A stretch of 64,000 nt of DNA from Oscillospiraceae bacterium (GTDB lineage: Bacteria > Bacillota > Clostridia > Oscillospirales > Ruminococcaceae). This document shows, in pieces, positions 1-9,380 of the stretch. The notes under the pieces are model-generated. The model saw nothing but the letters and a program-made list of their open reading frames with translations. It did no database searches and was not told the DNA's origin. Within the stretch, counting starts at the first letter, position 1. The number at the start of each line of letters is the position of its first letter. Where the stretch lies: assembly GCA_050943435.1 (NCBI GenBank), contig JBMNPE010000001.1:30315-94314 (forward strand), given 5' to 3'. Position numbers and translations under genes: made by a program.

Positions 1-94
1 TTTTAATGAATGAGATTCTTTCAGTGGCGACAGAATCTGATTTGTAGTATATAATTATAAATTACCTGAGAATTCTGAGAGGGCGTGATACCTG

Positions 95-1084
95 TTGTGG
101 AAATATATAGTTAAGAGACTGCTCATCTCTGTCCTCATACTGATACTTGCGACTTTCTTAATCTACTGCCTGATGAGGTGCCTGCCTACCTCCTATCTGG
201 AGACTGTGGCAAGGTCCAAGTCCATGCAGCCTGGATCAAAGTCGTTCGAAGAATGGTGGGACCAGCTGGCATCCACCTACGGGATGGACAAGGGCATAAT
301 AGGAGGATACCTGCAGTGGGCCGGGAATGCCCTGCAGGGGGATTTCGGAGACAGCTGGATGTGGACTGTTCCGGTCGTCGAGAAGTTCAAGTCCTGCATC
401 GGCGTGTCTTTTGTCATGGGCCTCATCTCGTTCATACTTGAGATTGTGATTGCAATACCTCTCGGCATTCTTGCCGCGACCAAGCAGTACAGCGCCACAG
501 ACTATATAATTACGATAATTGCACTGACCGGCATTTCACTGCCCACATTCTTCTTTGCTTCACTGCTGAAGCTCGTGTTCTGCGTCAAGCTCCACTGGTT
601 CGACCTGGGCGGTCTGGTCAGCAGAAACTATGACTACATGACCCCGGTCCAGCAGTTCTTCGACAAGGCCGACCACCTGGTTCTTCCGATAATAGTCCTG
701 GTCGTGATAAGCATGGGCTCGCTCATGAGGTATACGAGGACGAACATGCTTGAGGTCCTCAACGCTGATTACATCAGGACAGCAAGGGCAAAGGGCCTTT
801 CTGAACACAAGGTCATCTACAAGCACGCCTTCAGGAACACCCTGATTCCGCTGGTCACGATACTCGGCGGCTCTCTCCCGGGACTTTTCTCAGGAGCCCT
901 GATAACCGAGACGCTCTTCTCGATAAACGGAATCGGCTATGTTTCATATCAGAGCATGAAATCGGGCGACATCCCATTCTCCATGTTCTACATGACTTTT
1001 ATTGCAATTCTGACGCTGCTCGGGAACCTGATTTCCGACATACTCTACGCCGTGGTTGATCCTCGCGTCAGGATAGAACACTGA
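95..1084 (+). CDS. oppB: Oligopeptide/dipeptide ABC transporter permease (OppB/DppB family)
   Basis: 329-aa multi-TM ORF with the permease signature IRTARAKGLSEHKVIYKHAFRNTLIPLVT. It is the first of four tightly packed opp-type genes. TTG start preceded by GAGAGGG. Confidence 0.9.
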   Translation: MWKYIVKRLLISVLILILATFLIYCLMRCLPTSYLETVARSKSMQPGSKSFEEWWDQLASTYGMDKGIIGGYLQWAGNALQGDFGDSWMWTVPVVEKFKSCIGVSFVMGLISFILEIVIAIPLGILAATKQYSATDYIITIIALTGISLPTFFFASLLKLVFCVKLHWFDLGGLVSRNYDYMTPVQQFFDKADHLVLPIIVLVVISMGSLMRYTRTNMLEVLNADYIRTARAKGLSEHKVIYKHAFRNTLIPLVTILGGSLPGLFSGALITETLFSINGIGYVSYQSMKSGDIPFSMFYMTFIAILTLLGNLISDILYAVVDPRVRIEH

Positions 1085-1099
1085 GAGAGGAGGAAGATC

Positions 1100-2644
1100 A
1101 TGGCTCAAGAGAAAAAGAAGCCCGAAAGCGAAGAAGAAGAGTATTCTCTCAGTGACGAACGGCGAGTCAAGGTCCTCTCCCCCGGGAGGATGGTTGCCAA
1201 GAGATTCTTCCGCAACCGCGTTGCAGTCGTGGGACTGTGCATACTGGCGTTCATGTTCCTGTTTTCGTTTGTAGGAGGATGGCTGTCACCTTACACGGAG
1301 GACCAGCTCTTCTACAGGTATGACATACAGAACAAGCTCTATGCGTCAATATCAGAGAATACAAGCTACAGATATGTTTCAGACAGCGAAAAGGGAGGAT
1401 TTCCTTCACTCGCGCAGGCACAGTTTGTGCTGGCGGTAAATACGGGCAGCGATTCCTTCTCTGCGAGCGGCGTCGACTACACGTATACCGATGACGGGAA
1501 TCATGTGTATTCGATCTACACCGGAGGCGAAGTCATAGCCTTTGCCTCATACGGCATCATAAGCCCGAGCGACGAAGATACAACGCTTCCATTCGCCCTG
1601 CAGTACCAGATAATCCAGGCATACGCCAAGAACCAGAGCACCTTCGAATATGAAGGAGAGACATATACGCTGCTTGAGGACGGAGGAGTCGTGCTCGGAG
1701 ACACTGATATAGCCTATGTGAGCACTTACAGCGTCCAGGCGCTGATGAGCGATGTCTTCCTCACGAGGGAATTCAAGGATGCCCTCATTAACGCCGTTGA
1801 GAACGACGAATCCTCGTTCTCATTCACAGACTCTGAAGGAACGACGGCAGAATACACCATCCAGTATGATGCCTCCAAGGACGCCTGGGACGTCATGCAG
1901 GAAACTTCGACCAGGGTGTTCGACACATACGGATCGCCTTCAAAAGAGCACTGGCTCGGCACGGACAAGAACGGGATGGACATGCTCACGAGGCTCATGT
2001 ACGGCGGCAGGGTTTCGCTCTACATCGGCTTCATAGTGGTGTTCATAGAGACATTCCTCGGTGTCATCATGGGCGGCATCTCCGGATACTTCGGAGGATG
2101 GGTCGACATGCTGATAATGAGGATCGTCGATGTGTTCTACTGCATACCGTCGATGCCGATAGTCATAATCATCGGCGCTGCGATGGACCAGATGAAGGTC
2201 GACCCTCAGATAAGGATGGTCTACCTCATGCTGATACTCGGCTTCCTCGGATGGCCGAGCATTGCCAGGATGGTCAGGGGCCAGATACTGACCCTGAGGG
2301 AGCAGGAGTTCATGACGGCAGAGGAAGCACTTGGAATCAAGCCTTCCAGGAGGATTTTCAAGCACCTCATTCCTAATGTAATACCTCAGCTCATCGTAAT
2401 CATGACGATGGGACTCGGCAACGCGATACTTACGGAAGCGACGCTCTCCTTCCTTGGACTTGGCGTCAAGTTCCCGTTCGCATCGTGGGGCAATATTATC
2501 AACGATGTCAACGACACATACGTCCTCTCAAACTACTGGTTCATCTGGATTCCTGCGGGCGTATGCCTCATGCTCACGGTCCTCGCATTCAACCTGGTCG
2601 GCGACGGCCTGCGCGATGCATTCGACCCGAAGATGAAGCGCTGA
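1100..2644 (+). CDS. oppC: Oligopeptide/dipeptide ABC transporter permease (OppC/DppC family) with a large extracytoplasmic insertion
   Basis: 514-aa ORF with RBS GAGAGGAGGAAG upstream. OppC signatures HWLGTDKNGMDMLTRL and EEALGIKPSRRIFKHLIPNV are present. About 230 residues lie between TM1 and the conserved core. Confidence 0.9.
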   Translation: MAQEKKKPESEEEEYSLSDERRVKVLSPGRMVAKRFFRNRVAVVGLCILAFMFLFSFVGGWLSPYTEDQLFYRYDIQNKLYASISENTSYRYVSDSEKGGFPSLAQAQFVLAVNTGSDSFSASGVDYTYTDDGNHVYSIYTGGEVIAFASYGIISPSDEDTTLPFALQYQIIQAYAKNQSTFEYEGETYTLLEDGGVVLGDTDIAYVSTYSVQALMSDVFLTREFKDALINAVENDESSFSFTDSEGTTAEYTIQYDASKDAWDVMQETSTRVFDTYGSPSKEHWLGTDKNGMDMLTRLMYGGRVSLYIGFIVVFIETFLGVIMGGISGYFGGWVDMLIMRIVDVFYCIPSMPIVIIIGAAMDQMKVDPQIRMVYLMLILGFLGWPSIARMVRGQILTLREQEFMTAEEALGIKPSRRIFKHLIPNVIPQLIVIMTMGLGNAILTEATLSFLGLGVKFPFASWGNIINDVNDTYVLSNYWFIWIPAGVCLMLTVLAFNLVGDGLRDAFDPKMKR

Positions 2645-2661
2645 GAGGAGGATATGGAGAC

Positions 2662-3810
2662 ATGAAGAAAAAACGCCAGGAAGGATACCTGTCAGCCAGG
2701 GAATCCAGAGCCATATCCAAAGCAAACCGCAAGATAACGAACAAGCTGGAGAAGCAGCGCAAGAGGAAGAACGTTCCGGAATCTGAGTATCTCACCCAGA
2801 TGAAGAATCCGGACAATGTAGTGGAATTCGATGACCTGCACACGTATTTCTTCACCGATTCAGGAACTGTCAAGAGCGTCGACGGAGTTACATTCGACGT
2901 TCCCAGGGGCAAGACGGTCGGAGTAGTCGGAGAGTCCGGGTGCGGGAAATCGGTCACAAGCCTTTCGCTGATGCAGCTGCTCCAGAGGCCCCAGGGGCAG
3001 ATTGTTTCAGGGTCAATAAGGCTGAATCTGGGCGACAAGGCCTACGAGATAACCAAGGTCCCCGACGAGCAGATGCAGAAAATAAGGGGCAATGCGGTTT
3101 CAATGATATTCCAGGAGCCCATGACAAGCCTCAACCCTGTGTTCAGGGCGGGGGACCAGATCGATGAGGTCATAGAACTGCATGACACCGAAAACCTGAG
3201 CAAGGAGCAGATCAAGGAAAAGTCCATACAGCTCCTCGAGATGGTTGGCATTGCCAACAGCGCAGGCGTGTACAGGATGTATCCCCACGAGCTCTCAGGA
3301 GGAATGAGGCAGAGGGTCATGATAGCAATGGCTCTCGCATGCAACCCGAAGCTCATCATCGCAGACGAGCCCACCACGGCTCTCGACGTCACAATACAGG
3401 CACAGATTCTCGACCTCTTGAGGCAGCTCAAGGACAAGATAAACTCCTCGATAATGCTCATTACACACGACCTCGGCGTTATAGCAGAGATGGCCGACTA
3501 TGTCGTGGTGATGTATGCGGGCAGAATTGTGGAGAAGGGAACTGCTGAAGACATCTTCTACGATCCGAGACATCCCTATACGGTTGGCCTTATGGCATCC
3601 AAACCGGTAGTCGGCAAGAAAGTTGACAAGCTCTATTCGATACCGGGCAAGGTTCCCAACCCCATAGATATGCCCAACTACTGCTATTTCAGGGACCGCT
3701 GCGACAAGAGGCTCCCTGAGTGCGACGGAGAGTATCCGCACATGATAAAGGTATCTGACACACACGAGGTCAGCTGCTACCTCTATTACGACAAGGTAAA
3801 GGAGGACTGA
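2662..3810 (+). CDS. oppD: Oligopeptide ABC transporter ATP-binding protein (OppD family)
   Basis: Walker A GESGCGKS, signature LSGGMRQR, Walker B LIIADEPTTALD. Start set at the in-frame ATG 2662 (MKKKRQ), downstream of GAGAGGAGGA. The upstream part of the 2485 ORF overlaps oppC and looks non-coding. Confidence 0.9.
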   Translation: MKKKRQEGYLSARESRAISKANRKITNKLEKQRKRKNVPESEYLTQMKNPDNVVEFDDLHTYFFTDSGTVKSVDGVTFDVPRGKTVGVVGESGCGKSVTSLSLMQLLQRPQGQIVSGSIRLNLGDKAYEITKVPDEQMQKIRGNAVSMIFQEPMTSLNPVFRAGDQIDEVIELHDTENLSKEQIKEKSIQLLEMVGIANSAGVYRMYPHELSGGMRQRVMIAMALACNPKLIIADEPTTALDVTIQAQILDLLRQLKDKINSSIMLITHDLGVIAEMADYVVVMYAGRIVEKGTAEDIFYDPRHPYTVGLMASKPVVGKKVDKLYSIPGKVPNPIDMPNYCYFRDRCDKRLPECDGEYPHMIKVSDTHEVSCYLYYDKVKED

Positions 3811-3811
3811 C

Positions 3812-4825
3812 ATGGCTGACAAAGAAAAGACAGCTCAGGCTCCTGATTACAATCGGGAGTACATACTTGAAGTAAAGGACTTAAAAAAATACTTCCCGAT
3901 CAAGGGGGGACTTATTTCCCATGTCATCGGCCAGGTCAAGGCGGTCGACGGAGTCACATTCAACCTCAAGAGAGGCACTACGATGGGGCTCGTCGGCGAG
4001 TCAGGATGCGGGAAAACCACGACCGGACGTACGATCCTGAGGCTCTACGACAGCAAGACGGCAGGATCGGTCCTGTTCAACGGGAGAGAGGTCTACGACC
4101 TCGACAACGACGAGGTCAGGCACCTGAGGACGGAAATGCAGATAATATTCCAGGACCCGTTCTCAAGCCTTTCCCCGAGGCTCCCCGTGGGGGAGATAAT
4201 CGGGGAGGCAGTCCGCGAGCACAACATTGTTCCAAAGGATGAGTTTGACGACTACATCGACAAGGTCATGGAGGAATGCGGACTGCAGACGTTCTACAAG
4301 AGCAGGTATCCGCACGAATTTTCCGGAGGGCAGAGGCAGAGGATCTGCATCGCAAGGGCTCTTGCCGTGAACCCCGAATTCGTCGTCTGCGACGAGCCGG
4401 TCTCGGCTCTCGACGTGTCCATTCAGGCGCAGATAATAAATCTTCTGGAAGACCTGCAGGAGCAGCACCAGATGACATACCTGTTTATATCCCACGACCT
4501 GTCGGTTGTCGAGCATATTTCCGACACCGTCGGGGTCATGTACCTCGGAAGCCTCGTGGAGTACGGAGCCAAGGAGGACATCTTCAGGGATCCTCTGCAC
4601 CCGTATACAAAGGCGCTGTTTTCCGCAATACCAATACCTGACCCAAAGGCAAAGATGAACAGGATCGTGCTGGAGGGATCAATCCCGTCCCCGGCAAATC
4701 CGCCAAAGGGATGCAAATTCCACACGAGATGCCCGTATGCCACGGAGAGATGCAAGACCGAGGTGCCCGTCCAGAAGGAGATGGAGCCCGGCCATTACGT
4801 GGTGTGCCATCTCTATGACAAATGA
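3812..4825 (+). CDS. oppF: Oligopeptide ABC transporter ATP-binding protein (OppF family)
   Basis: Walker A GESGCGKTT, signature FSGGQRQRI, Walker B FVVCDEPVSALD. Starts 2 nt after the oppD stop. Confidence 0.92.
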   Translation: MADKEKTAQAPDYNREYILEVKDLKKYFPIKGGLISHVIGQVKAVDGVTFNLKRGTTMGLVGESGCGKTTTGRTILRLYDSKTAGSVLFNGREVYDLDNDEVRHLRTEMQIIFQDPFSSLSPRLPVGEIIGEAVREHNIVPKDEFDDYIDKVMEECGLQTFYKSRYPHEFSGGQRQRICIARALAVNPEFVVCDEPVSALDVSIQAQIINLLEDLQEQHQMTYLFISHDLSVVEHISDTVGVMYLGSLVEYGAKEDIFRDPLHPYTKALFSAIPIPDPKAKMNRIVLEGSIPSPANPPKGCKFHTRCPYATERCKTEVPVQKEMEPGHYVVCHLYDK

Positions 4826-4840
4826 GTTATTTTTCCTAGA

Positions 4841-5122
4841 ATGTCTAAGGATTCTAAAAAAGACGATTTCGAAGACGACGGCCGCACGATAGCCGACATG
4901 AGCGGCATCGAAGGCCCCGGGCTTTTCGGCCGCCCTGACCTCGTCACTAGGAAGAAAAAGCAGGAAAAGAAAGACAAGACCGCCACTCAGGAAGAGCAGA
5001 TAGGAAAATCGGAGCGCAGGAGCTACATCCTGGGGTCCGTGAGCGCCGCAATAGTTGTCGGCCTCATCTTCATCGCTGTCCTGGGCCTGGCGGTTCTTCT
5101 GATGCTCATTTTATGGAACTGA
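4841..5122 (+). CDS. Small tail-anchored membrane protein, unknown function
   Basis: 93-aa ORF with a charged, Lys-rich N-terminal half and a single C-terminal TM (ILGSVSAAIVVGLIFIAVLGLAVLLMLILW). Packed between oppF and the M3 peptidase gene. Confidence 0.5.
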   Translation: MSKDSKKDDFEDDGRTIADMSGIEGPGLFGRPDLVTRKKKQEKKDKTATQEEQIGKSERRSYILGSVSAAIVVGLIFIAVLGLAVLLMLILWN

Positions 5123-5152
5123 AAAAAAGGAGGGAGCCGCTTTTAGCGGTGA

Positions 5153-6865
5153 ATGGGACAAATGAAATTTTCTGAGATGAAATACGAGCACATCGATGCA
5201 GAGGCAGTGGAGAAGGAGCTCACAGGGCTCACGGAAAAGCTGTCTGCAGCGTCTTCATTCAGCGAAGCAGAGGGCCTGTTTCTCGAAAAGGAGAAGCTCC
5301 TGAGGCACGTGATGACGGAGGAGACGCTCTGCTCGATTAGGCATTCCATAGATACAAACGACAAATTCTATTCAGACGAGCGGACGTTCTGGGACGAGAA
5401 GCTGCCGGAAATGCAGAAGTACTTGGTCGGCTGGACCAAGGCCATGCTGGATTCACCCTACAGGAAGGATTTCGAAGCCAAATACGGGAGCCTCATGTTC
5501 CTGAATGCCGAAATATCGCTCAAGACCTTCTCCCCGGAGATCATCCCCGACATGCAGGAGGAGAACAAGCTCACGATCAAATACGAGAATCTGCTCGCTT
5601 CTGCCCAGATCCCGTTTGAGGGCGGGAAGTACACAATCCCGGAGATGACCAGGTTCAAGACCGACAGCGACGACTCGAGGAGGCTCGCGGCATGGAAGGC
5701 CGAGGGACAGTGGTACAAAGACAACCAGGAACAGCTCGACAGCCTGTATGACAGACTTGTGGAACTCCGCGACGGGATGGGCAGGAAGCTCGGATACAAG
5801 AACTACCTTCCGCTCGGATACTACAGGATGGGAAGGAACTGCTACGGCATCAAGGACGTCGAGAAATTCCGCGAGGCAGTGAGGAAATTTGTAGTCCCTG
5901 TAGCGGAAAAAGTCTATAAGAAGCAGGCTGAGAGGCTAGGCAAGACATATCCGATGAGCTTTGCCGACAACGCCCTGGAGTTCAGGTCCGGGAACCCCAG
6001 GCCCCAGGGAACCGCTGACGATGTCCTCAGGGCCGGAAAGAAGTTCTACGACGAGCTCTCGCCAGAGACCTCGGAATTCTTCAACATCATGCTCCAGGAC
6101 GAGCTCATGGACGTCCTTTCAAAGAAGGGCAAGGAAGGCGGTGGCTACTGCACGGGGCTTCCGGATTACGGAGTGCCGTTCATATTCGCCAATTTCAACG
6201 GCACCCAGCATGACGTCGAAGTCGTAACCCATGAGGCAGGACACGCTTTTGCAGCATATGTAAACAGGAACAGAATCCCCCTGTCCTACATATGGCCCAG
6301 CATGGAGGGATGCGAAGTCCACTCGATGTCGATGGAATTCATGTCCTGGCCGTGGTCCCGCGAGTTCTTCGGGGACGACGCTGACAAGTTCCACTACAGC
6401 CACCTGGCAGCTGCTCTGACGTTCATACCGTACGGCACCATGGTGGACCATTTCCAGCACATAGTCTACGAGAACCCGGATTATACTCCCGCCGAGAGGC
6501 ACGCTGCCTGGAAGAAGCTGATGGGCATATACAACCCGTGGCACAGGCTCGACGGCGACATCCCGTTCTATTCAGAAGGCGAGGGCTGGCAGAGGCAGCA
6601 CCACATCTATTCTGACCCGCTATACTACATCGACTACTGCCTGGCGCAGACTGTTTCGCTCGAGTTCTGGGATATGATCCAGAGCGACAGGAAGAATGCA
6701 TGGGACCACTACATGGCCTATACAAAGCAGGGCGGAAGCAGGGTGTTCACAGAGCTGCTTGCCAATGCCGGGCTCAAGAGCCCGTTCGATGAGGACACGC
6801 TCAGGGGCGTGTGCGATAAGGCCAGCCGCTGGCTCGATGACTTCGACTCCTCAAAGATAGTCTGA
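5153..6865 (+). CDS. M3-family oligoendopeptidase (PepF-like paralog)
   Basis: 570-aa ORF with zinc motif VTHEAGHAF (HExxH). RBS AAAGGAGGGAG upstream. The start could be the ATG at codon 4 (MKFSEMKY). Confidence 0.85.
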   Translation: MGQMKFSEMKYEHIDAEAVEKELTGLTEKLSAASSFSEAEGLFLEKEKLLRHVMTEETLCSIRHSIDTNDKFYSDERTFWDEKLPEMQKYLVGWTKAMLDSPYRKDFEAKYGSLMFLNAEISLKTFSPEIIPDMQEENKLTIKYENLLASAQIPFEGGKYTIPEMTRFKTDSDDSRRLAAWKAEGQWYKDNQEQLDSLYDRLVELRDGMGRKLGYKNYLPLGYYRMGRNCYGIKDVEKFREAVRKFVVPVAEKVYKKQAERLGKTYPMSFADNALEFRSGNPRPQGTADDVLRAGKKFYDELSPETSEFFNIMLQDELMDVLSKKGKEGGGYCTGLPDYGVPFIFANFNGTQHDVEVVTHEAGHAFAAYVNRNRIPLSYIWPSMEGCEVHSMSMEFMSWPWSREFFGDDADKFHYSHLAAALTFIPYGTMVDHFQHIVYENPDYTPAERHAAWKKLMGIYNPWHRLDGDIPFYSEGEGWQRQHHIYSDPLYYIDYCLAQTVSLEFWDMIQSDRKNAWDHYMAYTKQGGSRVFTELLANAGLKSPFDEDTLRGVCDKASRWLDDFDSSKIV

Positions 6866-6872
6866 CGCACTG

Positions 6873-7409
6873 ATGGCAAGGGATTATAAGCCAAAAAGAT
6901 ACAGCTATCTGGACGACTACTCCCAGAATGCGGCCGGGGAATACGTCTACACCGGCACATATTACACATGGCCGGAGGGACGGACCAGGATACTGAGGAA
7001 TCTCTGGATATGGACTGCTGTGGAGACCGCAGCCAGCGTAATATGCGGGTTCATGCCGAAGGCCGGGATGGAGAAGGCATTCTATGTGCTGCTTCCATAC
7101 ACGCTGTCCCTGATGTTTGTGGGATTCCAGGTGTGGGCGGCCGCCAACCTTACAGGCGGAGGAACGGGGAGGATTACCCGCCACACTTATGAAACCACCG
7201 TCAAGAGGCTCCCTGTCTGGGAGATCCTGTCTTTTGCCGGGTCGGCTGCGGCAGCCGTGGCGGAAGTGTGCTACATGGTTTTCGGAGAGTTCGAAGGCGA
7301 GATCCCGTTCGGGATAGTCCTCACTGTCCTGCAGGTCCTTGTTGCATTCTCCGCATGGATGGCGAGAAAGACTGTCACCGCCTCAAAATTCACAGAAGAA
7401 AAAAGATAA
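6873..7409 (+). CDS. Hypothetical integral membrane protein
   Basis: 178-aa ORF with about 4 predicted TM segments. Starts 8 nt after the upstream stop. No recognisable motif. Confidence 0.55.
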   Translation: MARDYKPKRYSYLDDYSQNAAGEYVYTGTYYTWPEGRTRILRNLWIWTAVETAASVICGFMPKAGMEKAFYVLLPYTLSLMFVGFQVWAAANLTGGGTGRITRHTYETTVKRLPVWEILSFAGSAAAAVAEVCYMVFGEFEGEIPFGIVLTVLQVLVAFSAWMARKTVTASKFTEEKR

Positions 7410-7423
7410 CAGTGATATCAAGA

Positions 7424-7458
7424 GACCGGCTGCCTGGAAATTTCCACGGCAGCCGGTC
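7424..7458. terminator. Bidirectional intrinsic terminator between convergent genes
   Basis: 11-bp perfect stem GACCGGCTGCC/GGCAGCCGGTC with an inner TGGAA/TTCCA extension. Lies between the stop at 7409 (+) and the pyrG stop at 7480 (-). Confidence 0.7.
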
Positions 7459-7479
7459 CTTCATTATGTAAATAAATGA

Positions 7480-9087
7480 TCAGTTCTGCTTTGCGCGACT
7501 GAGACAAACCTGTACGAGCCCGTTGAACAGCGGGTGGGCCCTGTTGGGCCTGCTCTTGAATTCGGGGTGGAACTGCACTCCTATGAAGAAGTCGTTGCTG
7601 TCGAGCTCCACTGTCTCCACGATGTGTCCGTCCGGGGAAAGTCCGCTCAGGACAAGGCCGTGCTTCGAAAGGACGTCCCTGAAGTCGTTGTTGAACTCGT
7701 ACCTGTGGCGGTGCCTCTCATGTATGAGATCGGTGCCGTAGCACTTTTCCATCATTGTCCCGTGCACAATCCTGCATGGATATGCGCCGAGCCTCAAAGT
7801 TCCTCCCATGTCTATGTCCTTGCTCTGGTCCGGGAGGAAATCGATCACCTTGTATGGCGAATTCTCATCGAATTCCCTTGAGTTGGCTCCCTTGAGGCCG
7901 CACACGTTCCGGGCAAACTCGATGACAGCGACCTGCATGCCAAGGCACAGGCCGAGATACGGGACGTTGTTGACCCTGCAGTACCTGGCAGTGCTTATCA
8001 TCCCCTCTATGCCCCTGTTGCCGAAGCCTCCGGGAACGATTATCCCATCGCATCCGCCCAGCTTTTCTGCTGCATTGCAGTCGTTCACTTCCTCGCTGTC
8101 TATCCACAGGATATCTACAAAGCACCTGTTTGCGTATCCGGCGTGCTTTAGAGCCTCTGCTACTGACAGGTATGCGTCGTGGAGCTGCATGTACTTCCCG
8201 ACGATTCCTATGGTTATGTGCTCCTTGCGGTTCCTGATGTTTTCCATCATCTCGTGCCAGTCGGTGAGGTCAGGTGTTCCTGGGTCGAGGCCCAGCTCCC
8301 TGCAGACGACGTCGGCATATCCGGAGTTCTCCATCTGTATAGGGATCTCATACAGCACCGGGAATGTGAGGTTCTGGAAGACGCAGTCCTCCTTGACGTT
8401 GCAGAACATGGCTATCTTCTTGAATATGCTTTCTTCGAGAGGCTCGTCACACCTCAGGACTATTATGTCGGGGCGGATGCCCATCCCCTGGAGCTCCTTG
8501 ACGGAATGCTGCGTCGGCTTGGTCTTGTGCTCATTTGACCCTGACAGATACGGAACAAGGGTGACATGGACGTAGCAGCAGTTTTCGCTTCCGACCTCAA
8601 GTCCCACCTGCCTTATCGCTTCTATGAACGGCTGGCTCTCAATGTCGCCTATGGTGCCACCGACTTCAGTTATTACGATGTCGGCGTTGCTCGTCTTTCC
8701 TACCCTGTATATAAAGTCTTTGATTTCGTTCGTGATGTGAGGTATGACCTGAACCGTCTGGCCGAGATACTCCCCGTGGCGCTCTTTGTTGAGCACGTTC
8801 CAGTAGACCTTGCCGGATGTTAGGTTTGAAAATTTGTTGAGGTTTTCGTCTATGAACCTCTCATAGTGTCCGAGGTCCAGGTCGGTCTCGGCCCCGTCTT
8901 CTGTCACAAAGACCTCTCCGTGCTGTATGGGGTTCATGGTTCCGGGGTCTACATTGATGTACGGATCAAGCTTCTGGGCGGCTACCTTGTAGCCGCGGGC
9001 CTTGAGAAGGCGCCCGAGCGATGCTGCCGTGATGCCCTTGCCGAGGCCTGAAACGACGCCTCCGGTCACAAATATGTATTTAGTCAT
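7480..9087 (-). CDS. pyrG: CTP synthase
   Basis: 535 aa. N-terminus [19 protein letters not shown] and glutamine amidotransferase motif GLCLGMQ. RBS GAGGTGAA upstream. Confidence 0.97.
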   Translation of the reverse strand: MTKYIFVTGGVVSGLGKGITAASLGRLLKARGYKVAAQKLDPYINVDPGTMNPIQHGEVFVTEDGAETDLDLGHYERFIDENLNKFSNLTSGKVYWNVLNKERHGEYLGQTVQVIPHITNEIKDFIYRVGKTSNADIVITEVGGTIGDIESQPFIEAIRQVGLEVGSENCCYVHVTLVPYLSGSNEHKTKPTQHSVKELQGMGIRPDIIVLRCDEPLEESIFKKIAMFCNVKEDCVFQNLTFPVLYEIPIQMENSGYADVVCRELGLDPGTPDLTDWHEMMENIRNRKEHITIGIVGKYMQLHDAYLSVAEALKHAGYANRCFVDILWIDSEEVNDCNAAEKLGGCDGIIVPGGFGNRGIEGMISTARYCRVNNVPYLGLCLGMQVAVIEFARNVCGLKGANSREFDENSPYKVIDFLPDQSKDIDMGGTLRLGAYPCRIVHGTMMEKCYGTDLIHERHRHRYEFNNDFRDVLSKHGLVLSGLSPDGHIVETVELDSNDFFIGVQFHPEFKSRPNRAHPLFNGLVQVCLSRAKQN

Positions 9088-9130
9088 GCTGCATTCACCT
9101 CACATTCGACGACAGATGGCAAATTGACAT

Positions 9131-9167
9131 AAAAAACAGGGGGACCACATCATTGCGGCATTCCCCG
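9131..9167 (-). promoter_or_regulatory. Terminator-like hairpin in the pyrG 5' leader (candidate attenuator)
   Basis: The minus strand reads GGGGAAUGCCGCAAUGAUGUGGUCCCCCUGUUUUUU, about 45 nt upstream of the pyrG ATG. A TATAAT box lies on the minus strand at 9190-9185. Confidence 0.45.
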
Positions 9168-9380
9168 AAAAATAATTCGAAAAAATTATATCCGTGTACT
9201 GAATTGATTTCAATGACCAATCTAACAAGAAATTGCGGCCCGGATGAGGCGTCATGCCCTGCCCGAACAGTGTTGGCCAGATTTTACACGTCAGTTTTCA
9301 TAGGCATGGCGGCCATATGGGATATAATAGGGGCATTGAATCTAAACAGTGTAAAGCTGATCTGAAATAAAGCAGTTTAC

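Noticed and set aside
2485-2661. N-terminal extensions of ORF-track entries (also 12522-12566, 19133-19213, 36954-37118, 50827-50979, 54683-54760, 34331-34426, 57115-57168)
   Set aside because: These extensions overlap the preceding gene or its RBS region and translate to Arg/Cys/Pro-rich sequence. In each case an internal ATG/GTG with a GGAGG-type SD begins the conserved family N-terminus.
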